A DNA stretch of 64,000 bases from positions 3,104,001-3,168,000 of the forward strand of contig OY969811.1 of the NCBI GenBank assembly GCA_963703315.1, given 5' to 3'. This DNA is from an uncultured cyanobacterium (GTDB lineage: Bacteria > Cyanobacteriota > Cyanobacteriia > Pseudanabaenales > Pseudanabaenaceae). Below, in pieces: positions 29,500 to 39,798 of the stretch (position 1 is the stretch's first letter; each line of letters opens with the position of its first letter). Under the pieces are notes generated by a model. That model worked only from the letters and a program-made list of their open reading frames with translations. It had not been told where the DNA came from and ran no database searches. Made by a program: the position numbers and the translations under genes.

Positions 29500-31215
29500 C
29501 CCACATTCCGCTCGTAATGGAAGGGTAAAATAATTAACTAAAGGTAAGGCACAAGAGCAAAAAGAGGAGGCAGGTATTAATACAGAGATGAAAGTAACGA
29601 ACCTAGACCATCTAGGGATCGTGGCAGGAATCATCGACGAGATGGGAATCGTGGAAGAAATAAACACGATAATCGGGAGAAGCTCAAGAGAAAAAGTAAG
29701 TGCAGGGGTAATTGTCAAAGCCATGCTAATGAATGGATTAGGATTTGTATCAGCCCCCCTGTATATGTTTAGTAAATTTTTTGAAGGAAAACCAGCCGAG
29801 CACTTATTGGGGGAAGGGATAACAGCCGAACAAATCAATGATGACCGCATCGGTAAAGTACTGGATGACTTACATGAAGCAGGACTGAGTGAGACATTTT
29901 TAGGAATCAGCCTGAAAGCAGTAGCGAAATACGATGTCAAGGTAGAAACAGGACATATAGACTCAACCTCATTTCACGTAGATGGGGAATATGGCAGAGA
30001 GGAAGAAGGGAGTATCGAAATCACACACGGATATTCACGCGACCATCGCCCCAACCTGAAGCAATTTATGATGAACCTGATCTGTGTAGGAGATGGAGAC
30101 ATTCCCGTAATGATGGAAGTGGTAAGTGGAAATCAAGCCGACAAAGCAAGATTTGCAGGACTATTACAAGAATTCAAAACCCAGTGGACATTTGAGGGAA
30201 TATGCGTAGGCGATGCAGCGCTATACAGTGAAGAAAATCTGGTAGCAATGACAGGACTAAAATGGCTAACCCGAGTGCCATTAAGCATCAAAACTGCAAG
30301 TGACTTAGTGTCAAGCACAACTGACCTACAAGAAAGTAAATTTAAGGGATACAGGACAGCCGAAACTGTGAGTGAGTATGGTGGTGTAAGACAGAGATGG
30401 ATTTTAGTTGATAGCCAAGCAAGACGTAAATCAGACATCAAAAAGTTAGACAAAAAGCTTGAGCAAGTCCAGCAAAAATGTCATCAAGATTTACACACTT
30501 TGGCGGGACAAGATTTTGCCTGTGCTGCTGACGCGATCGCTGCTGCTGAAAAATTATCAACCAAGATGAAATGGCATCAACTCGACCATATTCAGGCAGT
30601 AGAAAAACCACATTATGCGAAACGGGGTAAGCCACAACCTGATGCTATACCCACCAGCATTAGTTATCGGATTACTGCAACGGTGATTCCTATAGACTCA
30701 GAAATCTTGGCTCAGCAACAGCGTTGTGGCAGGTTTATTTTAGCCACGAATATTCTTGATTCCTTACAATTCACGGCTGATGATGCTTTACGGGAATACA
30801 AGGCTCAGCAGAGCACTGAGCGTGGTTTTCGTTTCCTCAAAGATCCTTTGTTTTTTACTTCGAGTGTTTTTCTCAAGTCTGCTAAACGCATTGAGGCTTT
30901 GGGCATGATTATGGCACTGTGCTTGCTCGTTTATAATTTAGCCCAACGTCAACTCAGACTTGCCTTAGCCATCGCTCAAGATACTATTCCTAATCAATTG
31001 GGTAAACCCACTAATTCGCCAACTTTGCGTTGGATTTTTCAATGTTTTATGGCGGTTCATTTAGTTTCTTTTCAGGGACTCACTCAAGTTGTTAATTTGT
31101 CTCCTCTTCGGATTCACATTTTGAATTTCTTTTCTCCCTCCTGCCAACGCTACTATTTGCTCCCTGCTCCTGTTTCGTAATTGTTTTTTTTCTTCCATTA
31201 CGAGCGGAATGTGGG
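29500..31215 (+). mobile_element. IS1634-family insertion sequence, 1716 bp
   Basis: Perfect 24-bp TIRs cccacattccgctcgtaatggaag (29500-29523 and 31192-31215); TTAAAA duplicated at 29494-29499 and 31216-31221. Confidence 0.93.
29588..31180 (+). CDS. IS1634-family DDE transposase
   Basis: LDHLGIVAG, HIDSTSF, GYSRDHRPNLKQ, GDAALY and ERGFRFLKDP motifs. Confidence 0.93.
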   Translation: MKVTNLDHLGIVAGIIDEMGIVEEINTIIGRSSREKVSAGVIVKAMLMNGLGFVSAPLYMFSKFFEGKPAEHLLGEGITAEQINDDRIGKVLDDLHEAGLSETFLGISLKAVAKYDVKVETGHIDSTSFHVDGEYGREEEGSIEITHGYSRDHRPNLKQFMMNLICVGDGDIPVMMEVVSGNQADKARFAGLLQEFKTQWTFEGICVGDAALYSEENLVAMTGLKWLTRVPLSIKTASDLVSSTTDLQESKFKGYRTAETVSEYGGVRQRWILVDSQARRKSDIKKLDKKLEQVQQKCHQDLHTLAGQDFACAADAIAAAEKLSTKMKWHQLDHIQAVEKPHYAKRGKPQPDAIPTSISYRITATVIPIDSEILAQQQRCGRFILATNILDSLQFTADDALREYKAQQSTERGFRFLKDPLFFTSSVFLKSAKRIEALGMIMALCLLVYNLAQRQLRLALAIAQDTIPNQLGKPTNSPTLRWIFQCFMAVHLVSFQGLTQVVNLSPLRIHILNFFSPSCQRYYLLPAPVS

Positions 31216-31319
31216 TTAAAACCCAGTAGCGCACGCGCAGCGTGCGCTACTGGGTTTTAATTACGCTGAGGTACTTAGACAATCGTAACTATCAATTCTT
31301 AACTTTTAATAACATTTCT

Positions 31320-31333
31320 GTATCTTTTAATAC
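31320..31333 (+). promoter_or_regulatory. Candidate NtcA box (GTA-N8-TAC)
   Basis: GTAtcttttaaTAC, about 135 nt upstream of the small gene at 31469; no well-spaced -10 box seen. Confidence 0.4.
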
Positions 31334-31468
31334 CGAACTGTACATATTTACTGTTTTCATGACATACTTGATCAAGCTAATAAACTTAGCTCTTAATAAA
31401 CAGCATTTAGCAAATTAATTTAAATACGGATTTAGTAAAACTGCTTGAAAAATTGCAGAGATAAAGCT

Positions 31469-31708
31469 ATGACAACCACTACGCACCAATATCAGTCTCA
31501 CACCACTAAGAATATTCGGCTGTCTCATTATCCTCAATGCTTACAACCATTGCCTTCTACATGGGTAACATTGCTAGAGCCACCCGCATCTACTTGCTAT
31601 GACGAAGCATTGTTAATGTGTCAATATCCTGATGGGCATTGGGCTGCATGGATACCTGATTTTGGTGATATCAAACTACATTCAGGGCAGTTTTGTCGGA
31701 TGTCATAG
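31469..31708 (+). CDS. Small conserved cyanobacterial hypothetical protein
   Basis: WVTLLEPP...YDEALLMCQ....WAAWIPDFG motif; start placed at MTTTT. Confidence 0.7.
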   Translation: MTTTTHQYQSHTTKNIRLSHYPQCLQPLPSTWVTLLEPPASTCYDEALLMCQYPDGHWAAWIPDFGDIKLHSGQFCRMS

Positions 31709-31790
31709 AAAAAGGGAAAGGGCGCTAAGCGCCCTTTCCCTTTTTCTATGACATAGTGAATGGATAAATTGCTAGATAATTTCCCCAATC

Positions 31791-32936
31791 ATGACGAAGC
31801 TGCTTAAAATCCATATATGGATTCCCGAACTCTTTGTCAGTAAAGGTGGGATTCAGGTTTTTTCGGGTTTTTTATTACAAGCGATTCAGACAATCTATCC
31901 ACAGGTAAAGCTAACTGTAGTTCTCAAAAATGATACGAATGAGGTAGTTAGCCAAAATTGCGATCGCCTTGCCGAAATTCAAACCTATTGTTGCGGTGCA
32001 ATCATTTCTCCTTTGCGAACCTTAGGATTTGCGCTCCAGTTACTCAGATTAGCGATCGCCCAAAAGCCAGATTTGGTGATCATGACCCATCTTAATTTTG
32101 CGCCGATTGCCTTCCTTCTCAAAAAAATAATTGGCACAAAATATATAGCGATCGCTCATGGGATCGAAGCATGGCAGATTCAAAGTCTATTACTCAAAAC
32201 ATCTCTGCAATCAGCAGATCTAATTCTGGCAGTCAGTAATTTTACTCGCGATCGCCTCTGTCAGGAGCAAGGTTTATCACTAGATCAGGTCAGAATTCTG
32301 CACAATACCTTTGATGCTACAGCTTGGGAAATCGCTTCTAAACCCCAATATTTACTCGAAAAATACGGTTTACGTCCCGAACAAAAAATCATTCTCACCG
32401 TCTCGCGTCTAGTCAAGTCAGAACAATACAAGGGCTACGATCGCCTCTTAGAAGCTTTACCGATTATTCGTCAGACTTTTCCTGATGTGCATTACATCAT
32501 TGTTGGTAAAGGTAGCGATCGCGATCGGATTGAGCAAATTATCAAGCAAAAAAATCTTCAAAATTATGTCACCCTCACAGGATTTGTTCCAGATAATGAT
32601 TTATGCGATTACTATAATCTCTGTGATTTATTCGCGATGCCCAGCAAAAGGGAAGGATTTGGCATCGTCTATTTAGAAGCCCTAGCTTGCGGTAAACCTG
32701 TCATTGCGGGCAATCTTGACGGAGCCGTTGATGCTCTGTGCCAAGGTGATTTAGGTGTATTGATTAATCCAGACAATCATCAAGAAATAGCTGAGACGAT
32801 CACCAAGATTTTACTCAAAAAATATGATCATCCAATGATTTATCAGCCTGAGATACTACGACAGAAGGCTATTGATACCTTCGGATTTGAGAAGTTTCAG
32901 CAAATTCTATCTAGTTATCTAACAACTCTCGTGTGA
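31791..32936 (+). CDS. Glycosyltransferase family 4
   Basis: GGIQ, AHGIE, YKGYD and EGFGIVYLEALACGKPV motifs. Confidence 0.92.
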   Translation: MTKLLKIHIWIPELFVSKGGIQVFSGFLLQAIQTIYPQVKLTVVLKNDTNEVVSQNCDRLAEIQTYCCGAIISPLRTLGFALQLLRLAIAQKPDLVIMTHLNFAPIAFLLKKIIGTKYIAIAHGIEAWQIQSLLLKTSLQSADLILAVSNFTRDRLCQEQGLSLDQVRILHNTFDATAWEIASKPQYLLEKYGLRPEQKIILTVSRLVKSEQYKGYDRLLEALPIIRQTFPDVHYIIVGKGSDRDRIEQIIKQKNLQNYVTLTGFVPDNDLCDYYNLCDLFAMPSKREGFGIVYLEALACGKPVIAGNLDGAVDALCQGDLGVLINPDNHQEIAETITKILLKKYDHPMIYQPEILRQKAIDTFGFEKFQQILSSYLTTLV

Positions 32937-33165
32937 GGAAGTGATGATGTCCTACGATCCTCGCAGGACATCATCACTTCCTATAGCAATAATTGAAAAC
33001 CCAAAAGATTGATAGCGGCGCTTTGCGCCGCTATCAATCTTTTGGGTTTTATGTCCTAAGCAAAACTTACATTGATAAGTAGCTAAGCGCAATTAAATAT
33101 AAAACCCCAAAACCTATGGCGCACGCTGCGCGTGCGCCACAGGTTTTGGCTCTGGTTTTTAATTA

Positions 33166-34003
33166 GGTAATGTGTCACATTTGTTGGAGCGTTCAATGGG
33201 ATTGAAACGAAAACTCATATCTGTTGATAAACAGACCAATGACAATATCATGCATCACAATCGATTTAGAAAAGCAAATCGTCTTTCTAGCTAAACGCTT
33301 AATCCTCGTTCTCAAAGTTAGATGCTTTCGTTCAATCTTCTGAGTATTTTTCTTGCCGATTAGGTGAGTGTGAGGATCAAGAATCCTTTCGTATGCACCC
33401 CATGCATCGGTGAAAAAATGCTTGATTCCAAACGGTTTTAGCAAATTCACGAGCTTAACCAAGGCTTCATCTTTATGCGGAGCTAAAACATAAGCTAAGA
33501 CCCTTCCAGTCACATGATCAATAGCGTGCCACAGCCATCTTTGCTGTTTCTTGCTGCCAACAAAACTCCACATCTCATCCATTTCTGCTTCTTCTACTTG
33601 ATAAAGGTCAACATCAAGCGTTTCTATGTCAAGTTGCTCTAGCAGAGAATAGTTTACAGATTCGATGTCTTCCTCTTTTTTTTTAACTCTTTGATGACAG
33701 TATTCGGACTAATCTTTAATACTCGACTTGTATCTCTAATGCCACTGCCATTGACCGCCATTTCTGACACTTGCTCTTTTACTTCTGGACGATACCCTTG
33801 ATAGGTGTAATCAAGAATAAACGTCTTTCGCATACATTCTATGTTTAAGCAAATGTATCGTTTTTTACCTGTGGCACTTTGTCCATGTCGGTGGATGTTT
33901 ACACCTCCGCAGGTTGGACATTCGACTACTTCAAATACCATCTTTTTTTCCTACTTATTCTTACCCTTGTTACTATACCTTCCAACAAGTCTGACACATT
34001 ACC
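33166..34003 (-). mobile_element. IS1-family insertion sequence, 838 bp
   Basis: Imperfect TIRs ggtaatgtgtcacatttgttgga / tccaacaagtctgacacattacc; 9-bp duplication ttttaatta (33157-33165 and 34004-34012). Confidence 0.93.
33193..33941 (-). CDS. IS1 InsA/InsB transposase joined by a -1 frameshift
   Basis: InsA zinc finger and HTH (33654-33941); A9 run at 33676-33684; -1 frame gives KEEDIESV...EMDEMWSFVG...TDAW...IERKHLTLRTRIKRL. Confidence 0.9.
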
Positions 34004-34050
34004 TTTTAATTATGCCCAGCTACTTATAGATTGCGATCTGGCTCATGTAA

Positions 34051-34153
34051 TACCAATTCACAAAAGTGTTGTCACACTTTTGTGAATTAAAAACCAAACC
34101 CAGTAAGGGTTTTTAAAACTAAAAATGGCGTAGCCATTTTTAGTTTTGGTATA
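34051..34153. repeat. TACCAA...TTGGTA-bounded element with two hairpins
   Basis: aattcacaaaagtg..cacttttgtgaatt and aaaactaaaaatggc-gta-gccatttttagtttt; the second has the same arms as the 1663-1699 hairpin. Confidence 0.7.
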
Positions 34154-34212
34154 AGGGCGATCGCTTAGACTAGATTAAGAATTGTTAATCAGTCATAGCC
34201 AGTGTTGAGTAA

Positions 34213-35718
34213 ATGAAAGCGCAACAGAAAATAATTGTAGTCGGGGCGGGAATTGGCGGCTTAACGGCGGCGGCTTTGTTGGCAAAGCGTGGCTATGAAG
34301 TCATTGTTTATGACTTAGCTCTTGTGGCTGGAGGCTGTGCATCCACATTTAAACGGCGCGGCTTTACCTTTGATGTCGGTGCGACACAGGTGGCGGGATT
34401 GGAATCTGGCGGGATTCACGATCGCATTTTTAAGGAACTAGAAATAGAACTTCCTGAAGCGACGTATTGCGATCCTGCCTGTGCAGTATTTTTGCCGAAT
34501 GAGAGTGAACCGATTAATGTTTGGCGCGATCGCAATAAGTGGAAACTAGAACGACAAAGGCAATTCCCCAATAGCGAACCATTTTGGGGTTTTCTGGAAG
34601 ATCTATTTTGGCGAAGTTGGCGCTTTCAGTCCCGCGATCCAATTTTGCCACCACGCAATCTTTGGGATGCGTGGCAATTAGTTAAAGCTTTGCGAATCGA
34701 TACTTTAGCAACAGTTCCCTATACCTTCTCGACAGTAGGCGATGCTTTACGGGGTTTTGGATTAGCAAGTGATAAAAGATTACGCACATTCCTTGATTTG
34801 CAATTGAAGCTCTACTCACAGGTGAATGCGGAAGAAACAGCTTTACTTTATGCAGCAACGGCTTTAGCAGTTTCTCAAACTCCTTTAGGTCTATTCCATC
34901 TCAAGGGAAGTATGCAGGTATTAAGCGATCGCCTGATTGAGAGCATTGAGCGTGATGGCGGGAAGGTGTTGATGCAGCACCAAGTTATAGCGATCGCTAA
35001 TCAAGGTAAAAGTAAAAAGGTAAAAGTAAAAAATCTGCGATCGCAAGAGATTTTTGAAGATAGCGCTGATCACATCGTGGCGAATGTGACGGTAAATAAT
35101 TTTGTGCAGCTTTTAGGAGATTTAGCCCCAAGAAGCTACGCTCAACGGGTTAAAAACCTTAAGCCTGCTTCAGTGGCTTTTGTGGTTTATTTGGGAGTGG
35201 ATCGTGCTGCGATTCCTGAAGACTGTCCGCCGCATTTGCAATTTTTGGAAGCCTATGAAGATTCCCAAATTAATAAACCACATTCTCTATTTATTTCCGT
35301 TAGCAAGGAAGGAGATGGTCGCGCTCCCAATGGAAAAGCAACGATAATCGCTTCTGAATTTACCGATGCAGAAGTTTGGTATGGAGACGAAGATTATCAG
35401 GAACTCAAAAAAAGATTTACGGAACGGGCGATCGCGCAGTTAAGTACATATTTCCATCTCAATGAAGAGACAATTATTCATATCGAGGCTGCCACTCCAC
35501 AAACTTTTGAACGCTATACAGGACGCGATCGCGGCATTGTTGGCGGTGTGGGAATGCGTGTTTCTACCTTTGGTCCCTTTGGTTTCGCTAATCGCACCCC
35601 ACTCAAAAATATTTGGCTAGTCGGTGACTCTACGCATCCCGGAGAAGGAACCGCAGGTGTGAGTTATTCGGCAATGACCGTAGTTAGACAGATCGAGCAA
35701 GCATCACGATCACAATGA
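34213..35718 (+). CDS. crtD: Carotenoid C-3',4' desaturase CrtD
   Basis: GAGIGGLTAAALLA, FDVGATQVAGLE and GDSTHPGEGTAGVSYSA motifs. Confidence 0.85.
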   Translation: MKAQQKIIVVGAGIGGLTAAALLAKRGYEVIVYDLALVAGGCASTFKRRGFTFDVGATQVAGLESGGIHDRIFKELEIELPEATYCDPACAVFLPNESEPINVWRDRNKWKLERQRQFPNSEPFWGFLEDLFWRSWRFQSRDPILPPRNLWDAWQLVKALRIDTLATVPYTFSTVGDALRGFGLASDKRLRTFLDLQLKLYSQVNAEETALLYAATALAVSQTPLGLFHLKGSMQVLSDRLIESIERDGGKVLMQHQVIAIANQGKSKKVKVKNLRSQEIFEDSADHIVANVTVNNFVQLLGDLAPRSYAQRVKNLKPASVAFVVYLGVDRAAIPEDCPPHLQFLEAYEDSQINKPHSLFISVSKEGDGRAPNGKATIIASEFTDAEVWYGDEDYQELKKRFTERAIAQLSTYFHLNEETIIHIEAATPQTFERYTGRDRGIVGGVGMRVSTFGPFGFANRTPLKNIWLVGDSTHPGEGTAGVSYSAMTVVRQIEQASRSQ

Positions 35719-35896
35719 TATAAATGCTAAAATCGACTACCAAACTCTAAAACCTGTGACGCACGCACAGCGTGCGCCACAGGTTTTAAAGTTGTTAAAT
35801 ATTTTGTTAAAAGTTTTGTAAAGCAACACTGTTAACAAAAATATTGCGATTTGTTTGATATTAAAGTGCTGTAGGGTTTATTTGAGGGTCTTGCTC

Positions 35897-36319
35897 GTGA
35901 ATGCAGCCGAACAAGCTAGAAATGTCGAAGTTGCGACAAAAATTGCCACGATTGTGAATTTGTTTAAAAACATTTATCCTGCTGCACGTTCTGACCTCAA
36001 ACCTTGGCTAAATAATGCGGATACGCGAAGATTGCTTGATCCAGACTCAATCGATGTTAGCTTTCATTTTCCGGGAGTAAGTTGGCGGCTCAAGGTTCGC
36101 AGCATTCTCTTTCAGATTCGGCTCTATGAAGATCCTGTGGATGGCGATTTACGGGCGATTGGGATTGAGGCGAGTGGACATGACTATAAGGGCGAACGTT
36201 GGCGCTTTTCGACGGTAGAAAATTGGCAATTTTTCGGTGATAAGTTACCGATGGATGATGGAGCCGAAAACCTACGTGAGTTTAGCCGCCAAACTTTAGA
36301 AATTTTCAATCGCAGATAA
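35897..36319 (+). CDS. Conserved cyanobacterial hypothetical protein
   Basis: (M)NAAEQA...DLKPW...DPDSID..FHFPG; GTG start. Confidence 0.75.
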   Translation: MNAAEQARNVEVATKIATIVNLFKNIYPAARSDLKPWLNNADTRRLLDPDSIDVSFHFPGVSWRLKVRSILFQIRLYEDPVDGDLRAIGIEASGHDYKGERWRFSTVENWQFFGDKLPMDDGAENLREFSRQTLEIFNRR

Positions 36320-36344
36320 TTGCGGCGCAAAGCGCCGCAATTAT

Positions 36345-36887
36345 CTATAACTTCTCAATGCCATGATCGAGAACTTCGTAATAAAGTGGTAAATATCCTG
36401 ATTTGATACCACCATCTTCCCTCGCTTTATCTAAGTTACCGCGCAGGGTATGACTATTGTGAACGCTGTAAATCTCATAGAGATCGCCGATAAATACATA
36501 GTCAGCCACATCAGTAAACTCTTCGCCCTTGACTAGTTGCCAGCGATCGTTCACATAGACAAAGTGATAATCTGCCAAGTCTGGACTAGATGAGGGACGC
36601 TCGACAGCGGCAGAAATTTCGGCAGTGTAGTGAGGATTTTTGTCTGTGGGAGGAATAACTTTGCTGGTGACATTGCGATAGAAGCAGCTTTCGTTATAGC
36701 AAAATCGCAACTTTGCCATTTTGTTTTTAATCAGTTCAAAGCGATCGATGATCTGATTAGAGCTAGGCTCATTTTCCGCCGATACATTGGGGACAAATGT
36801 GTTAGTGAAAGTTATGCCAAGACAAATCACACACATCAGGAATATCGTGGCAAGCGATCGCCACTGTTTGCTAGTCATAAAATTCAT
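36345..36887 (-). CDS. Secreted hypothetical protein
   Basis: N-terminal signal-like hydrophobic stretch. Confidence 0.65.
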   Translation of the reverse strand: MNFMTSKQWRSLATIFLMCVICLGITFTNTFVPNVSAENEPSSNQIIDRFELIKNKMAKLRFCYNESCFYRNVTSKVIPPTDKNPHYTAEISAAVERPSSSPDLADYHFVYVNDRWQLVKGEEFTDVADYVFIGDLYEIYSVHNSHTLRGNLDKAREDGGIKSGYLPLYYEVLDHGIEKL

Positions 36888-37010
36888 ATTTAAAACAGTT
36901 TAATATAACTTAATAATATCCTTTGATTCTAACGATTTAGCAGATCTTTTGATCACAAAACCCAAAAAGAAAGGTGCGGCGCGAAGCGCCGCACCTTTCT
37001 TTTTAGGTTT

Positions 37011-37679
37011 TTAAAACAAATCTTTGACAGCAATTTGCCCAAATTCGCGATCGCCTGTTTCGTCTTTCAAATTCACATTTACCAATTCTGTCTCAGCCAA
37101 GATTTGGGACTGCTGATATTTTGGTTCCTGATTTTCACGATCAGAAATCGGTTCTGTATAAACTTCCAATTGCCGATCGCGTAAATTGAGAATCCAATAA
37201 ATCGGAATCCCTGACCTTGCATAAATTCTTTGTTTAAAAGTGCGATCGCGTTCTAAAGTTGCATCAGAAATTTCAATCACTAAAGCAACTGCCTTTGCAT
37301 CAGGATGGCGATTGCGGTAGTCAGTAGTTTTGCCACGAATTACCACTACATCAGGTTCAGGCTCGCTATCACTGAGGCTGATTGGTTCCTGCGAGTCTAC
37401 ATACCAACCTTCAGGAATAATTTGCTCTAGTGCTTGCCGTATCAGTTTAGTGCTAATGCGATGTGGTGGATTTTTGGTCATTTTGGCAATTAATAAACCT
37501 TCTAGCAGTTCCAGTTGATCATCTTCATCAAGTATGCCTGCTTGCTCCATCCTGTGATATTGCGCGACCGTCATCCGCCAATATTGGTCAGTTTGATCAG
37601 CCGAAATCTTGGCTTCCGTTGCGATATTGACTTCAGGATTAGCAGTTGCGGTGGTGGCTAATTCAGCGATCGCGCTCAT
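37011..37679 (-). CDS. Uma2-family endonuclease-fold protein
   Basis: ELLEGLL, EPEPDV, IEISD and IPIYWILNL motifs. Confidence 0.9.
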   Translation of the reverse strand: MSAIAELATTATANPEVNIATEAKISADQTDQYWRMTVAQYHRMEQAGILDEDDQLELLEGLLIAKMTKNPPHRISTKLIRQALEQIIPEGWYVDSQEPISLSDSEPEPDVVVIRGKTTDYRNRHPDAKAVALVIEISDATLERDRTFKQRIYARSGIPIYWILNLRDRQLEVYTEPISDRENQEPKYQQSQILAETELVNVNLKDETGDREFGQIAVKDLF

Positions 37680-37748
37680 AGTTAACTCTGGGTTAATCTG
37701 TTCTATTGTCAGAATAACAAAAAGGCAGTGATTTGCACTGCCTTTTTG

Positions 37749-39443
37749 TTAATTCATGTTTTGGAAAGCGGCAAAGGGAAGGGCGGCGGCGATCGCCTTG
37801 GGCATTGCACCTGTTAAGGTTTTTAGAGCCATATCCCATAGTTTCGCAGGTTCGATATCAGCGCTAATCATTTGCCAGATTCGCATTAATTCTTCAGTAT
37901 GCAAACGATTATCTTCAGTCAGAGCTAGCAAAATACGGCGGCGGATATATTCACCATCTTTGGAAGTTAAGAACTTGAAGCCCATGCTCGCGGTGGGGAT
38001 AATATCAAACTGACCATCGGATTTGGCGATCGCTAATAAGTTCTCCAATCTTGACCACTGGAATTTATCATCTTTAAAGAGAACTTCCAATAATCTTGAC
38101 CTTAGACTGTCAGACTCATCAGTAAGCAATCTTCGCGCTACATAAGGATAGGCAACCTGCACAATCCGAAATTCAGGGTTGAGGCTGAGGGCAACACCTT
38201 CTTGAGTAATCACCGAGCGAATGATGAGTGCGAACTTAGCTGGTAAACAGAAGGGATAGTCATACATCACCTTCGAGAAGCGATCGGTCACGACCTTGAA
38301 GTTGAAGTCTTTGACTTTTTCCGACATGATATCGCCTAGCACCGATTCGAGGGCATTCACAATCGGCTTCATTTCAATATCTGGCTGCAAGAACCCAAGT
38401 CTCACATAGTCCTGTCCCAACTCGTCATAGTCTTTATTGAGCAAATGAACTACTGAATCCACTAATTGCTCTTTGGTTTCTAGATCCAATTGATCCATCA
38501 TCCCAAAATCAATATATGCCATCTTGCCATCATAGGTAGCAAAGAGATTTCCAGGGTGCGGGTCGGCATGGAAAAAGCCAAATTCTAGAAGTTGGCGTAA
38601 GCCAGACATGACACCGATTCTGACGAGATTATCGGTATTCAGTCCTGCGGATTTAATTTGTTCAATTTCATTGAGCTTGATGCCGTTAATCCATTCTAAG
38701 GTCAAGACTTTATGAGTGCTGTACTGACGGTATATCGATGGAACCTTAACATCGGGATCATTCTTGAAATAACCTGCGAACCTTTCTGCATTGGTAGCTT
38801 CATGGGCATAGTCAATTTCTTCAAACAATTTCAAGCCAAATTCATCAACGATCGCTTCTAAACTATTGCCAAGATTGAGGGGTAAAATCGGACTAACCCA
38901 GCCAGCTAGCAACCGTAAAATAAATAAGTCCAGAGTCAAGGTCGGAATCAATTTAGGACGCTGCACTTTTACCGCAACTTCTTCGCCTGAATATAGGGTT
39001 GCTTTATAAACTTGTCCTAAACTCGCTGCCGCAACAGGATCTTCAGAAATATTGCGATAAACCGTCTGAACGGGCTTACCTAATTCTGACTCAATAATCT
39101 CAAAAGCCTCTGTATTAGAAAATGGTGGTAACTGATCTTGGAGCTTGGTTAGCTCTTCTAAAAAGTCCACACGCACTAAGTCGGGTCTTGTGGATAAAGC
39201 CTGTCCGACCTTGATATAGGTAGGACCAAGAGCCGTAATAATTTGCCGTAAACGCTCGGCTAGTTTTGGCTGACTAACTGTGTTACCAGTCAGGACATCC
39301 CAACCAAAGGCTAGTCCAAAACTCAAAGCAAAATAAATTATTTTAAAAATTCGACCAATCGCTAACCAAGGACGACGACCGTAATATTCGGCATTGGCTT
39401 TGGCATCATAGCGATTTAGCTCTTCTAGGGGATGCTGACTCAC
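37749..39443 (-). CDS. ABC1/AarF/UbiB atypical kinase
   Basis: LGPTYIKVGQ, AAASLGQVY, VAVKVQRP, FFHADPHPGN and IDFGMM motifs. Confidence 0.95.
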   Translation of the reverse strand: MSQHPLEELNRYDAKANAEYYGRRPWLAIGRIFKIIYFALSFGLAFGWDVLTGNTVSQPKLAERLRQIITALGPTYIKVGQALSTRPDLVRVDFLEELTKLQDQLPPFSNTEAFEIIESELGKPVQTVYRNISEDPVAAASLGQVYKATLYSGEEVAVKVQRPKLIPTLTLDLFILRLLAGWVSPILPLNLGNSLEAIVDEFGLKLFEEIDYAHEATNAERFAGYFKNDPDVKVPSIYRQYSTHKVLTLEWINGIKLNEIEQIKSAGLNTDNLVRIGVMSGLRQLLEFGFFHADPHPGNLFATYDGKMAYIDFGMMDQLDLETKEQLVDSVVHLLNKDYDELGQDYVRLGFLQPDIEMKPIVNALESVLGDIMSEKVKDFNFKVVTDRFSKVMYDYPFCLPAKFALIIRSVITQEGVALSLNPEFRIVQVAYPYVARRLLTDESDSLRSRLLEVLFKDDKFQWSRLENLLAIAKSDGQFDIIPTASMGFKFLTSKDGEYIRRRILLALTEDNRLHTEELMRIWQMISADIEPAKLWDMALKTLTGAMPKAIAAALPFAAFQNMN

Positions 39444-39548
39444 GCTGTTAAATACCTTTTTTATATCCCATTCAAACTATCAGTATACAAAACTACATAA
39501 AATAGTTGTAATAATTTTTAAAGAGTTGCCGTAATTTTCATGCTTTCT

Positions 39549-39652
39549 TAAGTAGCTGGGCGCAATTAAATACAAAACCCAAAAACCTGTAGTGTACGCT
39601 GCGCGTGAGCCACAGGTTTTCACTCTGGTTTTTAATTATGCCCAGATACTTA
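39549..39652. mobile_element. 104-bp TA-flanked miniature inverted-repeat element (uninterrupted copy)
   Basis: taagtagctgggcgcaattaa...central hairpin...ttaattatgcccagatactta. Confidence 0.85.
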
Positions 39653-39798
39653 GCAATATCATTCGCAGTGAGTAGTTCCAGTCTTGTTAAAAACCAGAAG
39701 CGAGTGGCGGCGCTTTGTGCCGCCACTCGCTTCTGGTTTTGGGTTCGGGGACAGCTATAAAAAACTATTTTTGTGGTGCGGCTTTACTGCGCCATAAA

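Larger units (their letters stand above)
33076..34026. mobile_element. ~104-bp TA-flanked miniature inverted-repeat element, copy interrupted by IS1
   Basis: taagtagct...aattaa start and ttaatta[IS1]tgcccagctactta end; matches the copies at 39549 and 50753. Confidence 0.85.
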
